35,632 nt of DNA from an uncultured Candidatus Saccharibacteria bacterium. Its GTDB lineage: Bacteria > Patescibacteriota > Minisyncoccia > Sungbacterales > SURF-37. The stretch spans positions 1-35,632 of the forward strand of contig CAYJUW010000003.1 in assembly GCA_964373495.1 (NCBI GenBank). Direction: 5' to 3'. The translations under genes were made by a program, and so were the position numbers. The stretch's first letter is position 1. Each line of letters begins with the position of its first letter. Below the pieces are notes generated by a model. The model did no database searches and was not told the origin of the DNA. It worked only from the letters and a program-made list of their open reading frames with translations. Positions 25,761 through 34,156 of the stretch are shown here, one piece after another.

Positions 25761-27509
25761 TTATACCGCAATAACAACGGGGAGAACCATAGGGCGTCGC
25801 TCTGTTTTCGTGAACAAGTACTGCCCGATGCGGTCGCGAAGGTTGTCGCGGATGTATTGCGGGTTCAGCGTTTCCTCGCCGGTCGCGCTCTTCTCGATGA
25901 CCTCGCGGATTTTCTCGCGCACATCGGCCAGGAGTTCCTGGTTCTCCCGGAGGTAGACGAAGCCCCGCGAGATGATATCCGGCGAGCCGCGGAGCTTTCC
26001 CGACTGGCTGTCAATGACGGCGATGATGACGAACATGCCGTCCGAGGCCAGCGCCTCCCGGTCCCTCAGCACTACCTCGCCGATGTCGCCCACCCCGAGG
26101 CCGTCTACGAAAATATAGTTTGCCGGCACCCGCTCCTCGGTGAGGCGGCAGGAGCCGTCGCGGCATTCGATGATCTGGCCGTTGTCGGGGATGATGACCC
26201 GTTTGGGATCGAACCCGCCCTCCACCGCGGCCTTGGCGTGCATTTTCAGAAACGAGTGGTTGCCCTCGATGGGGATCAAATGGCGCGGCCGGACCCATTG
26301 CACCATCTGCTTCAGATCCTCGCGCTTGGCGTGCCCGCCGGCATGGATGTCGAGCATGCGGTAGTTGATGACCTCGGCCCCTTCGCGGTAGAGCTTGTCG
26401 GTCAGGCGCTGGACGGTGCGCTCGTTGCCGGGGATGACCGAGGAGGAGAAGACCACGGTGTCGCCCGGCTCAATGGAGAGGATGCGGTGCTCGCGGTTGG
26501 CCAGGCGCATGAGCACCGCCCGGCCCTCGCCCTGGGCGCCGGTGGCCAGGATTATGATGCGCTCCGGCGGGTAGCGCTTCACCTCTTCGAGCGGAACGAT
26601 GGTCTTTGGATTGAAGTGCATATAGCCCAAATGCTTGGCAATCTCGATGTTTATTTTCATCGAGCGGCCGTCGATGGCCACCTTCTTCTTATATTTTTCG
26701 GCCAGCTGAATGATCTGGTCCAGGCGGCCGAGCAGCGAGGCGAAGGTGCCGATGATCAGGCGCCCCTTGGCGTCCTTAATGACCTCCTCGAGCTCGACCT
26801 TGATGTCGGACTCCGAGAACTGGTGGCCGGCCTCGCGGGCGTTGGTGGAGTCGGACATGAGGGCGAGCACATTTTTCTTGCCGAGGGCCTTGATCTTCTC
26901 GACCTCGGTGCGCCCGGCGATGTCGGACTTCAGGTCAATCTTGAAGTCGCCGGTGTGGACGATGATGCCGAGCGGCGTCGTTACGATGACGCCGACCGAG
27001 CCGGGGACGTTGTGCGAGACGCCGAAGAACTCGATCCTGAAGGCGCCGAGCGTGAGTGTGGTATCGTTCTTCACCACGTGGAGGTCGAGCTTTGTGCCGT
27101 AGTGCTTGTAGTCCTCCTGGCGCTTTTGGATGATGGCGCAGGTGATGTCCGTGGCGAAGAGGGGGATCTTCTCCCCGAGCTGGGGTATCACGTGGGGGAT
27201 GGCCCCGATGTGGTCGTAGTGGGCGTGGGTGATGATGATACCGCGAATGTTTTTCTTTTTCGGCAGGAGGTAGGCGGTGTTGGGGATGATGTAGTCAATG
27301 CCCGGCATGTCCTCCTCCGGGAACTGCAGGCCCATGTCAATGACGATAATGTCGTCCCCGTATTCGAGGATGGTCATGTTCCGCCCCACCTCCTCGCAGC
27401 CGCCGATGGGGATGATGCGGAGGACGGGGCCGCGCGAATTCATGGAACGGAACACCAGCGGCAGGTCCTGGGCCCGCCGCCGCGCTTCAGTGCGTTGGTA
27501 GCTCTTCAT
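25761..27509 (-). CDS. rnj: Ribonuclease J
   Basis: IPIGGCEEVGRNM, THAHYDHIG, HTGDFK, TGAQGE, HAGGHA and C-terminal RRPMVLPV; GGAG Shine-Dalgarno before ATG 27509. Confidence 0.95.
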   Translation of the reverse strand: MKSYQRTEARRRAQDLPLVFRSMNSRGPVLRIIPIGGCEEVGRNMTILEYGDDIIVIDMGLQFPEEDMPGIDYIIPNTAYLLPKKKNIRGIIITHAHYDHIGAIPHVIPQLGEKIPLFATDITCAIIQKRQEDYKHYGTKLDLHVVKNDTTLTLGAFRIEFFGVSHNVPGSVGVIVTTPLGIIVHTGDFKIDLKSDIAGRTEVEKIKALGKKNVLALMSDSTNAREAGHQFSESDIKVELEEVIKDAKGRLIIGTFASLLGRLDQIIQLAEKYKKKVAIDGRSMKINIEIAKHLGYMHFNPKTIVPLEEVKRYPPERIIILATGAQGEGRAVLMRLANREHRILSIEPGDTVVFSSSVIPGNERTVQRLTDKLYREGAEVINYRMLDIHAGGHAKREDLKQMVQWVRPRHLIPIEGNHSFLKMHAKAAVEGGFDPKRVIIPDNGQIIECRDGSCRLTEERVPANYIFVDGLGVGDIGEVVLRDREALASDGMFVIIAVIDSQSGKLRGSPDIISRGFVYLRENQELLADVREKIREVIEKSATGEETLNPQYIRDNLRDRIGQYLFTKTERRPMVLPVVIAV

Positions 27510-27631
27510 ATGTTCTCCGTGAAACGGAATCAGCCCGAACGGCACGCGAACCGGTTCGCGTGCGTTCCGGCGGTGATTCGAATAGCGCTATGCGCCGTTA
27601 CGGATAATGGGTAGAGAAAATAATGCGACAG

Positions 27632-27713
27632 TGCCGGAGGAGGGATTCGAACCCTCATATCTTTCGATACACGGCTCTGAACCGTGCGCGTCTTCCAGTT
27701 TCGCCACTCCGGC
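27632..27713 (-). tRNA. tRNA-Leu(CAG)
   Basis: GCCGGAG/CTCCGGC-A, CACGG-TT-CAG-AG-CCGTG, long variable arm, GAGGG-TTCGAAT-CCCTC. Confidence 0.95.
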
Positions 27714-27734
27714 GCAGGCATAGGCGGGCAGGCA

Positions 27735-27790
27735 TTCCAGCCTGCCCCGCATTCAAACTTGTTTATAGTGCGGGGTTCCGCCACCTGCCC
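27735..27790 (-). pseudogene. Interrupted 5' fragment of a tRNA-Leu-like gene
   Basis: Removing 27741-27775 gives GGGCAGG-TG-GCGGAACTGGAA, parallel to the intact GCCGGAG-TG-GCGAAACTGGAA. Confidence 0.7.
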
Positions 27791-27886
27791 ATACGCGAGA
27801 ATTGCCGACGCTGCCGCCGCGCCGCACCCGTTATTGCGAGAGATTTGTAATGCATCCACTATACTACCCCCGGTAGCACCGGTCAA

Positions 27887-27959
27887 CCCCGTTAGAGGTA
27901 ATCCGCCGCAGGCGGATGCCGCCCGGCCAACCGGCCGGGCGAACCTCTCGCGGGGTCAA
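27887..27959 (+). mobile_element. Palindromic element CCCCGTTAGAGG...CCTCTCGCGGGG + TCAA
   Basis: Terminal inverted repeat with two internal hairpins; same family as 988 and 34682. Confidence 0.6.
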
Positions 27960-27962
27960 GGG

Positions 27963-28787
27963 TCAGAGAATGCGGTAGCAGTGCTCAATAGTCAGGATAT
28001 CACGGAATTTTTCTGGTTCGTTCAAGAACTGCAAGTGCTCAAGATGCTGGACCAGGGCATAGAGCGGCTGGGAGCGGAGGAGCCCGAGCTCCGGCACCTC
28101 GGCCGGCCTGAGTTTCACGAGATCCGGCACACTCGTGTAGTGCGGATTTCGCTCAAACTCGATCGTCTCCGGCGTTGGGCCTTCCACGGCCCAGTACCCG
28201 CCGCCGCGGAGCGTCCGGTACGGTTCGTAGTCGTAGACGAACGCATCGCTGATCCAGTTGGCCATGACCAGCGGCTCGGCAAAGGCATTCACCGAGATAT
28301 GCCCGAACCCCGGCAGCATGACGGCCTTTTCCCCGGGGCCGGCCTCGATGACATAGATTTCCTCGATGACGGCAGGATCGTTTCGGTTGGGTCGCTGTAG
28401 CAACCAATAGGCGCGTCCGGCAATCACCTCAAACACTTCGGGATACGTGAATCGTGTATCGGGCTTCAGGGGGTGGTAGTGCCCGGCGGTGCGGAAGAAC
28501 TCGCGCCGCTCTCCGGCAAAATGCCCCGGCGGGATGACGGTGATGTCGTAGCGGAGGCGGCTGGCGCGGATGCGCTCCTCGTCGTCCGAGCGCGCCGCTT
28601 CCCGGTAGACGGTATAGATGGTTTCCTGATCGGCATGCGCTCCCGGCTCGCGGATGTACTCGCGCATTTCTTCCGCGCTCCGGGCGCTGGTCGTGCCCAC
28701 GGCAACGCCCGCCGGCCAGTGGATGGCGTTGGCCGCCGGATCAAAGGCGATGGGCAGACCGGATTGGCGTTCCAGGGATATGAGCAT
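27963..28787 (-). CDS. Cupin-type (archaeal-like) glucose-6-phosphate isomerase family protein
   Basis: RYDITVI, RTAGHYHP, PEVFEV..G and PGFGHISVN cupin metal ligands. Confidence 0.85.
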   Translation of the reverse strand: MLISLERQSGLPIAFDPAANAIHWPAGVAVGTTSARSAEEMREYIREPGAHADQETIYTVYREAARSDDEERIRASRLRYDITVIPPGHFAGERREFFRTAGHYHPLKPDTRFTYPEVFEVIAGRAYWLLQRPNRNDPAVIEEIYVIEAGPGEKAVMLPGFGHISVNAFAEPLVMANWISDAFVYDYEPYRTLRGGGYWAVEGPTPETIEFERNPHYTSVPDLVKLRPAEVPELGLLRSQPLYALVQHLEHLQFLNEPEKFRDILTIEHCYRIL

Positions 28788-28789
28788 GA

Positions 28790-28848
28790 CGAACTGCGAA
28801 TCGCAAAGCGCAAAGCGTTCACGAACGATTTGCGATTAGCGATTTGCG
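28790..28848. repeat. CGCAAA/TTTGCG inverted heptamer repeat
   Basis: gcgaatcgcaaagcgcaaagcg...cgatttgcgattagcgatttgcgc. Confidence 0.6.
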
Positions 28849-28858
28849 CTGGGCCGGT

Positions 28859-30661
28859 TCATTTGATGGCCCTCCGGGTGTCCGTGTACCACTGATTGAT
28901 CCCATTGAACCGCTCCTCGGTCAGGGCCAGGGGGCCGATCTCAACGCCCCGGATGTCCCGGCGGATCACGTAGTAATGGAGCGGCCGGTAGAGGAAGATG
29001 GCCGCGGCATCGTCGCTGACGATCTTCTGGAATTCGCGGTACTGCTGCCGGCGCGCTTCCGGATCGCTCGTCCGGCGCGCCTCCTCGAGGAGCTGATCCG
29101 CGGCGCGGTTGGAGTAGAGGGCGATGTTCAGGCCCGGGTCCTTCAACTGCGAGGTGTGCCAGAAGGCGAAGGGGTCGGGATCGTGGCCAAAGACCTCGCC
29201 GAAGAGGAGGGCCTCGTAGGCCCGCGGGCGGATCATGGCCGCCTCAAGGTCTTTTAAGGGGAGAATGGAAACCTCGGTTTTCACGCCGATGGTCTGCCAC
29301 ATGCCGGCAATGCGGCGGGCGGCATCAGCCAGTTCCGGCGCATCCGAGGTGACCAGGCGGATGACGAGTTTGAGCGTTTTCCGATTGCGGCCCGTGCCCT
29401 CGGTGCGCTCGAGCGCGGCATCGGAGCTCGTGTCCGTCGTTTTCCAGCCGTCGCGTTCGAGGAGCTTGCGGGCTTGGTCCGGGTCATGGGGCAGGGCGGG
29501 GATGTCGTCGGCCGCGCCGAACGTTCCGGGGGGAATGGCCGCATTGACGAGCGATCCGCCGCCGGCCAGCGTCTCTGTAATCAGGGACTCGCGGTCAATG
29601 GCCATGGCCAGGGCCTGGCGCACCGGCCTGCGCCCCAGGGCCGGGTTGGCCGTGGCGTTGAAAAACACGCCAAAGAGCTTGGGCAGTGCGAGCTCGTGGA
29701 TGTTGGTGTCCAGGCGTTCCAGCGTCTTTACGTGCGCCGTGGAGACAAAGGCAAAGGCGTCAATATCGTTCCGGCGGTAGGCGGCGACGAGCTGCGCCTC
29801 ATCCGGGTAGAAGGAAAAGCGGATTTCCTCGAGGTAGGGCCCCGGGCCGTGGTAGGTGCGATTACGGGCGAGCTCGAGCGAAACAATGGTACCATCCTCG
29901 CGGCGGGTGAATTTTTTGAAGCGGTAGGGGCCGCTCCCGATGGGCTTCAGGTTGAGATCAGAAAGGATGGCCGCCTCGCGGGGGATCCTGCGCCAGAGGT
30001 GTTCGGGCACGATGCCGAGGGCGAGGTTTTCCATGAACGGCGCATAGGGCGCTCGGAGCGTAAAGCGGACCGTGGCCTCGTTCAGCTTCTCGGCGGTCAC
30101 CCCGGTCCAGTTGAACCGCAGCGGGCTTGCGTACTCCGGATCCTGAATGGTTTTCACCGTGAAGAGGACGTCATCGGCGGTCAGCCGCTGGCCGTCGTGC
30201 CAGCGGAGGTCCGGCTTCAGGCGCACGGTGTAGGCCTTGCCGTCCGGGCTCACGGCCACGTCCTCGGCCAGGTCCATCACCGGGTTGCCGCCGGCATCGT
30301 AGCGGATGAGCTTGGAAAAGACGAGGTTGGTAAGATCGCGCTCGGTATCCGAAGAGGCGTAGAGGGGATTGATGAACCGCGGATCAGCGAGCGCCCCCTC
30401 GCGCAGCATCCCGCCGACGGCCGGCTTTTCCACGGTGATCCGATCTAGGAGGCGGTTGGAGAGGAAGCCGAGTAGAGCCAGGATAACGGTCAGGAGCACG
30501 AGAAGCCGAATTCGCTCCGGCCGGGAGAAGAGGCGGGGGAGGTAGAGCCAGTGATGGCGGGTCAGTTGCCGGATGGTCTTCCAGAACGGGAGGCCGGATT
30601 TTGCTTCCGGCGGCGGGACGGAGGAATCCGGTTGGGGAGTGCGGATTTCAGGAGGAGCCAT
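28859..30661 (-). CDS. ABC transporter substrate-binding protein, family 5 (OppA/DppA-like)
   Basis: PRFINP, DLAE, WHDGQRLTADDVLFT, PIGSGPYRF and VRQALAMAIDR; N-terminal transmembrane anchor. Confidence 0.9.
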   Translation of the reverse strand: MAPPEIRTPQPDSSVPPPEAKSGLPFWKTIRQLTRHHWLYLPRLFSRPERIRLLVLLTVILALLGFLSNRLLDRITVEKPAVGGMLREGALADPRFINPLYASSDTERDLTNLVFSKLIRYDAGGNPVMDLAEDVAVSPDGKAYTVRLKPDLRWHDGQRLTADDVLFTVKTIQDPEYASPLRFNWTGVTAEKLNEATVRFTLRAPYAPFMENLALGIVPEHLWRRIPREAAILSDLNLKPIGSGPYRFKKFTRREDGTIVSLELARNRTYHGPGPYLEEIRFSFYPDEAQLVAAYRRNDIDAFAFVSTAHVKTLERLDTNIHELALPKLFGVFFNATANPALGRRPVRQALAMAIDRESLITETLAGGGSLVNAAIPPGTFGAADDIPALPHDPDQARKLLERDGWKTTDTSSDAALERTEGTGRNRKTLKLVIRLVTSDAPELADAARRIAGMWQTIGVKTEVSILPLKDLEAAMIRPRAYEALLFGEVFGHDPDPFAFWHTSQLKDPGLNIALYSNRAADQLLEEARRTSDPEARRQQYREFQKIVSDDAAAIFLYRPLHYYVIRRDIRGVEIGPLALTEERFNGINQWYTDTRRAIK

Positions 30662-30664
30662 TCG

Positions 30665-30886
30665 TTAGCGCGAGAGGATGATATTGAAGAGCGCCAATCC
30701 AAAGAAGATGATCGCAAGGACGATCGTGGCCGTGAAGATAATTTTTTCCAGGCCGCGTTTGGTGCGGTAGATGTTGCCCTCGCCGCCGAAAGTGGCCGAG
30801 AGCCCGGTACCGCGCTGCTGGAGCAAAATGGCGGCGACGAGAAGGGCGGAGATGACGATTTGGATAATGGGGAGGATCGCGTTCAT
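30665..30886 (-). CDS. secG: Preprotein translocase subunit SecG
   Basis: ILLQQRGTGLSATFGG..YRTKRGLEK; two transmembrane segments; 73 aa. Confidence 0.92.
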   Translation of the reverse strand: MNAILPIIQIVISALLVAAILLQQRGTGLSATFGGEGNIYRTKRGLEKIIFTATIVLAIIFFGLALFNIILSR

Positions 30887-31254
30887 AGGATGGCGTTCAG
30901 CACGCCGAGGAGGAGCGCCCCGAGGGCGAGCCCACGGAGTCCGAGCGTAACTTCGGAGAGGGCGATGTCGGCCGCAAAGAGCATTGCGGCATTCAGGAGC
31001 ACGGACAGGAGGACGAAGGTGACGAGGGGGAGGAGCGCTCCGAGGGCTTTTAGGAGGGGGCGGAGCGCGCCGTTCACGATGGCCAGGGAGATTCCGCCGG
31101 CGATGAACCATTGGGCCTGCGGCCCGAGCGCGATGAGCTCTGGGGCAAGGATTGCCCGCGGGACTATTTCAAACGCCGGGATGTAATTGACGCTCATCCA
31201 AAGCGCGCCGATGTTGGCCGCGGCTTTGAGCAGCAATTTTCCGAGCACACGCAC
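30883..31254 (-). CDS. 4-TM phage-holin-family (YvlD-like) membrane protein
   Basis: LAIVNGALRPLLK..PLVTF..V.LNAAML pattern. Confidence 0.7.
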   Translation of the reverse strand: MRVLGKLLLKAAANIGALWMSVNYIPAFEIVPRAILAPELIALGPQAQWFIAGGISLAIVNGALRPLLKALGALLPLVTFVLLSVLLNAAMLFAADIALSEVTLGLRGLALGALLLGVLNAIL

Positions 31255-31292
31255 CTCCCTATTGTATCAGAGCGGCGCCACAAGGTCAAAAC

Positions 31293-31562
31293 CCCCACAC
31301 GGATCAGGGCCTAAAGCTGAGATTGAGTGAGGCGGCGTTTGAGCCCCCCGAGCGTACGACCAAAACGTTGAAGCATTTTCCCCGATGCTCAGCATTGTCT
31401 CTCGTTTTGTAAGCCGCGGAATTCACAAGCCCGAATGGCCTCCGGAAGCTTATTGGAAAGCTCTGTCCAGCCTGCTGTTCTGCAAGCCGCCTTCTGGGAT
31501 TCGTGGTGTGGTCAATGTGAAAGGCAGACGTAGAACATAGGCCTTGGTTGGTGTGGGGTCAA
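31293..31562 (+). mobile_element. 270-bp MITE-like element CCCCACAC...GTGTGGGG + TCAA
   Basis: Imperfect 21-bp terminal inverted repeat (ccccacacggatcagggccta / taggccttggttggtgtgggg); GGTCAAAAC at both 31284 and 31557. Confidence 0.55.
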
Positions 31563-31575
31563 AACGCTCCGTGGA

Positions 31576-31731
31576 TTACGGTTTCGGCCGATGGAATGAC
31601 GGCCTGGCCCTGAGCCGCTGAAGGACGAACACGCCCCGGCCGGAGACAGCCATCCGCGGCCGCCGTTTGCGCTCGCGGCGTTCGGATTTGGTTTTTCTGA
31701 GGTTGATGGTGCGGTTGATTGGGTGGCTCAT
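31576..31731 (-). CDS. Small basic protein (51 aa), not in the ORF track
   Basis: MSHPINRTINLRKTKSERRERKRRPRMAVSGRGVFVLQRLRARPSFHRPKP; same strand as its neighbours. Confidence 0.55.
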   Translation of the reverse strand: MSHPINRTINLRKTKSERRERKRRPRMAVSGRGVFVLQRLRARPSFHRPKP

Positions 31732-31754
31732 GCCCGGTTATCTTCATTAATATT

Positions 31755-32351
31755 TTAACAACGATCGTGGGAAGAATGTGTATGATCGAATTCTTGCCTT
31801 TTTAACGTGCCGTACTCTCGCACGCTGAAAATGTGAACGTGCGGTCTCACGTTGAGCGCATCGATGAGTTCGAGGAAGTCATCCGGGAGGGGGCGCTCGG
31901 CGTGCCATACGCTCTTTTGCAACTGTCGGAAGCCGGCCGCAAGGAGTTCGAGGCGGATGGCATCGCGTTTCTTGCGCTCCCGCTCCGGTATGTCGAAGAT
32001 CACCAGCCGTCGAATGCCATCGGCGCGAGGTAATGCCGGCGTTCGGATGACCGAAAGGACCTCTTTCCCGCGCTCAGTAATACGCCACCTCCCGCTGCGG
32101 GGAGTACCCCTTCGCCGTATGAGACCCTGTGTCCGCAGTCGGCAGAGAAGCGCCGAAAATGTTTCTCGGCGGAACTGATAGGCCGAGTCAAGACCGAGCA
32201 ACGATCGCCACAGCCGCGCCTCTGGATACTTTGCCGGGAAGAAGCTGGAAATGGCTACCTCGCCAAATTCGCCGATTTTCTCAAGGATCAGGCGGCTGAG
32301 GGTTGCGTACGGGCGCGCCTTTGGTTTCGTGACTGGCTTACGAAAGGCCAT
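31755..32351 (-). CDS. PaaX-like transcriptional regulator (wHTH + Cas2-like domain)
   Basis: LCRLRTQGLI..WRITERG, DGIRRLVIFDIPERERKKRD.IR..L...GF.QLQKSVW. Confidence 0.85.
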   Translation of the reverse strand: MAFRKPVTKPKARPYATLSRLILEKIGEFGEVAISSFFPAKYPEARLWRSLLGLDSAYQFRRETFSALLCRLRTQGLIRRRGTPRSGRWRITERGKEVLSVIRTPALPRADGIRRLVIFDIPERERKKRDAIRLELLAAGFRQLQKSVWHAERPLPDDFLELIDALNVRPHVHIFSVREYGTLKRQEFDHTHSSHDRC

Positions 32352-32363
32352 ACTTCTACATTC

Positions 32364-32392
32364 ACATTTATTCAACGATCGTTGGATAAATG
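32364..32392. promoter_or_regulatory. Palindromic operator-like site upstream of the PaaX-like gene
   Basis: catttta-ttcaacgatcgttgga-taaatg; related caacgatcgtgg at about 31759. Confidence 0.5.
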
Positions 32393-32427
32393 TTAATGAA
32401 CTAAGGGAGTGGTCTCCCGTGGTCATA

Positions 32428-33858
32428 TTACGCGCGCATGAAATACTTTTGGCGGAGTTTGCGGTGGTAGGCGCGGGCGAAGCGGTGCGATTCGTCGCGG
32501 ATGCGCTGGAAGAGGTGGAGGAGGGCCGGATCCTGCTTTTTCAGCGGAATGGCGCGTCCCGCCGTCGTGTAGAGAATTTCCTCGCGTTTGGCCAAGGCCG
32601 TCACGAGCGTAGCTTCCAGCTTCCAACTTCCAGCTTCCAGCCTTGAACGCGCCTTGCGGGGTGTTGGTTGCTGGTGGCTGGTTGCTAGCGTCCGCAGGAC
32701 GCTCAGTGCTGCGTTACGCTGCGGCTTGCCGCCGTCAATCACCATCATCTCCGGGTATGGCCACTCGGGGTGATTGAGCCGCCGGCGGATGACCTCTTTC
32801 AGCATGGCGACATCGTTTCCGCCGCCTGGCGGAGCCGGCGTTCTGATGCGGAACTTGCGGTATTGGCTCCTGTCCGGCTGGCCGTTAGAAATGACCACCA
32901 TGGAGCCCGTGGCCTCCGTGCCGGAGATATTTGAAATGTCGTAGCCCTCGATGCGGCTGATTTCGCCTTTGGTTTTGAGTAGCGATTGCAGTTTGCCGAG
33001 CACGATCGGCCATGGATAGCGCGTTGTTTCCGGCGCATGCAACACCTGCCGGTGCCTAAACACATCCTCAAGCCCAAAGAGCGCATCCCGGAGCCGGCCG
33101 GCTTCCTCATAGCGCTCGCGTTTTACCGCTTCTTTCATTTCGCGCTTCAGCCGGCCCATAAGCCGCGTCCGTCCCCCCTCCAATATCGCCACAATGCTCC
33201 GGATGTTTTTCCGGTATTCGCGGCGTTGCGTGCTGGCAGCTGGCAGCTGGCGGCTGGAAGCTACGGCAGTGCAGCAATAGCCGAGGCACCTCCCAATCTC
33301 GCTATTGAGGCACGGCCGCTTGTGCGCCTGCGTGCAGGTGCAGTAGGGGAATACGCGGCGGAGGAGCTTCAGGGCCGCGCGGAGCGCTGATCCGGACGTG
33401 AAGGGACCAATATAACGAAAGCTCGAAGCACGAAATCCGAATTTCGAAACACGTTTGGAGTTTTGAATTTTGGATTTGTTTCGGATTTCGGATTTCGGAT
33501 TTCGGATTTGTCGCGGTTGGTGAGTAACAAATATACGCGGAAACTCCTCGCGGCCAACCGCGACATAGAAGTAGCTCTTATCATCCCTCATCAGGAGGTT
33601 ATATTTCGGGCGGTATTTTTTTATCAGCTCGGCCTCCTTGATGAGCGCCTCGACTTCGGATGCGGTCTCGATGGTTTTCAGGCGTGTGGCTTCTTGGAGC
33701 ATTTTTTGGATTTTAATCGGCAACTGCGCGTTTTTCTGAAAATACGAAGCCAGGCGCTTTTTCAAGTTCGCGGCCTTGCCAATGTAGAGGGGTATCTTGT
33801 CACGCCGGAAGATGTAGACGCCTGCTGATATTGGGATTTTCTTTGGTTTTGTGAGCAT
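32428..33858 (-). CDS. uvrC: Excinuclease ABC subunit C (no C-terminal HhH), with three in-frame repeat insertions
   Basis: GVYIF..LYIGKA.NLKKRL.SYF, PKYN...DDKSY, RIEGYDISN, IDGGKPQ and RIRDESHRFA. Confidence 0.92.
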   Translation of the reverse strand: MLTKPKKIPISAGVYIFRRDKIPLYIGKAANLKKRLASYFQKNAQLPIKIQKMLQEATRLKTIETASEVEALIKEAELIKKYRPKYNLLMRDDKSYFYVAVGREEFPRIFVTHQPRQIRNPKSEIRNKSKIQNSKRVSKFGFRASSFRYIGPFTSGSALRAALKLLRRVFPYCTCTQAHKRPCLNSEIGRCLGYCCTAVASSRQLPAASTQRREYRKNIRSIVAILEGGRTRLMGRLKREMKEAVKRERYEEAGRLRDALFGLEDVFRHRQVLHAPETTRYPWPIVLGKLQSLLKTKGEISRIEGYDISNISGTEATGSMVVISNGQPDRSQYRKFRIRTPAPPGGGNDVAMLKEVIRRRLNHPEWPYPEMMVIDGGKPQRNAALSVLRTLATSHQQPTPRKARSRLEAGSWKLEATLVTALAKREEILYTTAGRAIPLKKQDPALLHLFQRIRDESHRFARAYHRKLRQKYFMRA

Positions 33859-33890
33859 TGGCTTATTTATTCTAGCATAACTTGTGCCTC

Positions 33891-33919
33891 TTGACAGCTA
33901 GATTTAAAAGGCGTATACT
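33891..33919 (+). promoter_or_regulatory. Near-consensus sigma70 promoter
   Basis: TTGACA-N17-TATACT. Confidence 0.7.
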
Positions 33920-34156
33920 GTAAATACCGTGAAAAATTTAATTGTTTTGGCTCTTTGAGATTGGTTTTCGTGGTAGCGCCTCCTGGGGAAGGGGCAAAGA
34001 GTTTCTCTTCCGCATTTTGTTGTTTCTGTTTGTTTTGTGCGTAGAGCTGCTCTCGTCCGCGGCAATGGTGCCGAGGACACGCCCCTGAACCCCAACCCTT
34101 GCTACTCCCGGCGCGGGGGTAGGAGGTAGCCCGCTGGTGCGGGAAGGAGGTGCGCC

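Noticed and set aside
25536..27614. 692-aa plus-strand ORF
   Set aside because: Antisense shadow of rnj caused by high-GC codon bias; no recognisable motifs.
27530..28400. ORFs overlapping tRNA-Leu and antisense to the cupin PGI
   Set aside because: Explained by the tRNA, palindromes and antisense shadowing.
30883..31254. Holin-family gene as prophage evidence
   Set aside because: No phage genes nearby; it overlaps secG in a housekeeping context.
31755..32351. Cas2-like FDIPE...LQKSV motif suggesting CRISPR-Cas
   Set aside because: Fused to a wHTH as in PaaX-like regulators; no cas1 and no repeat-spacer array in the window.
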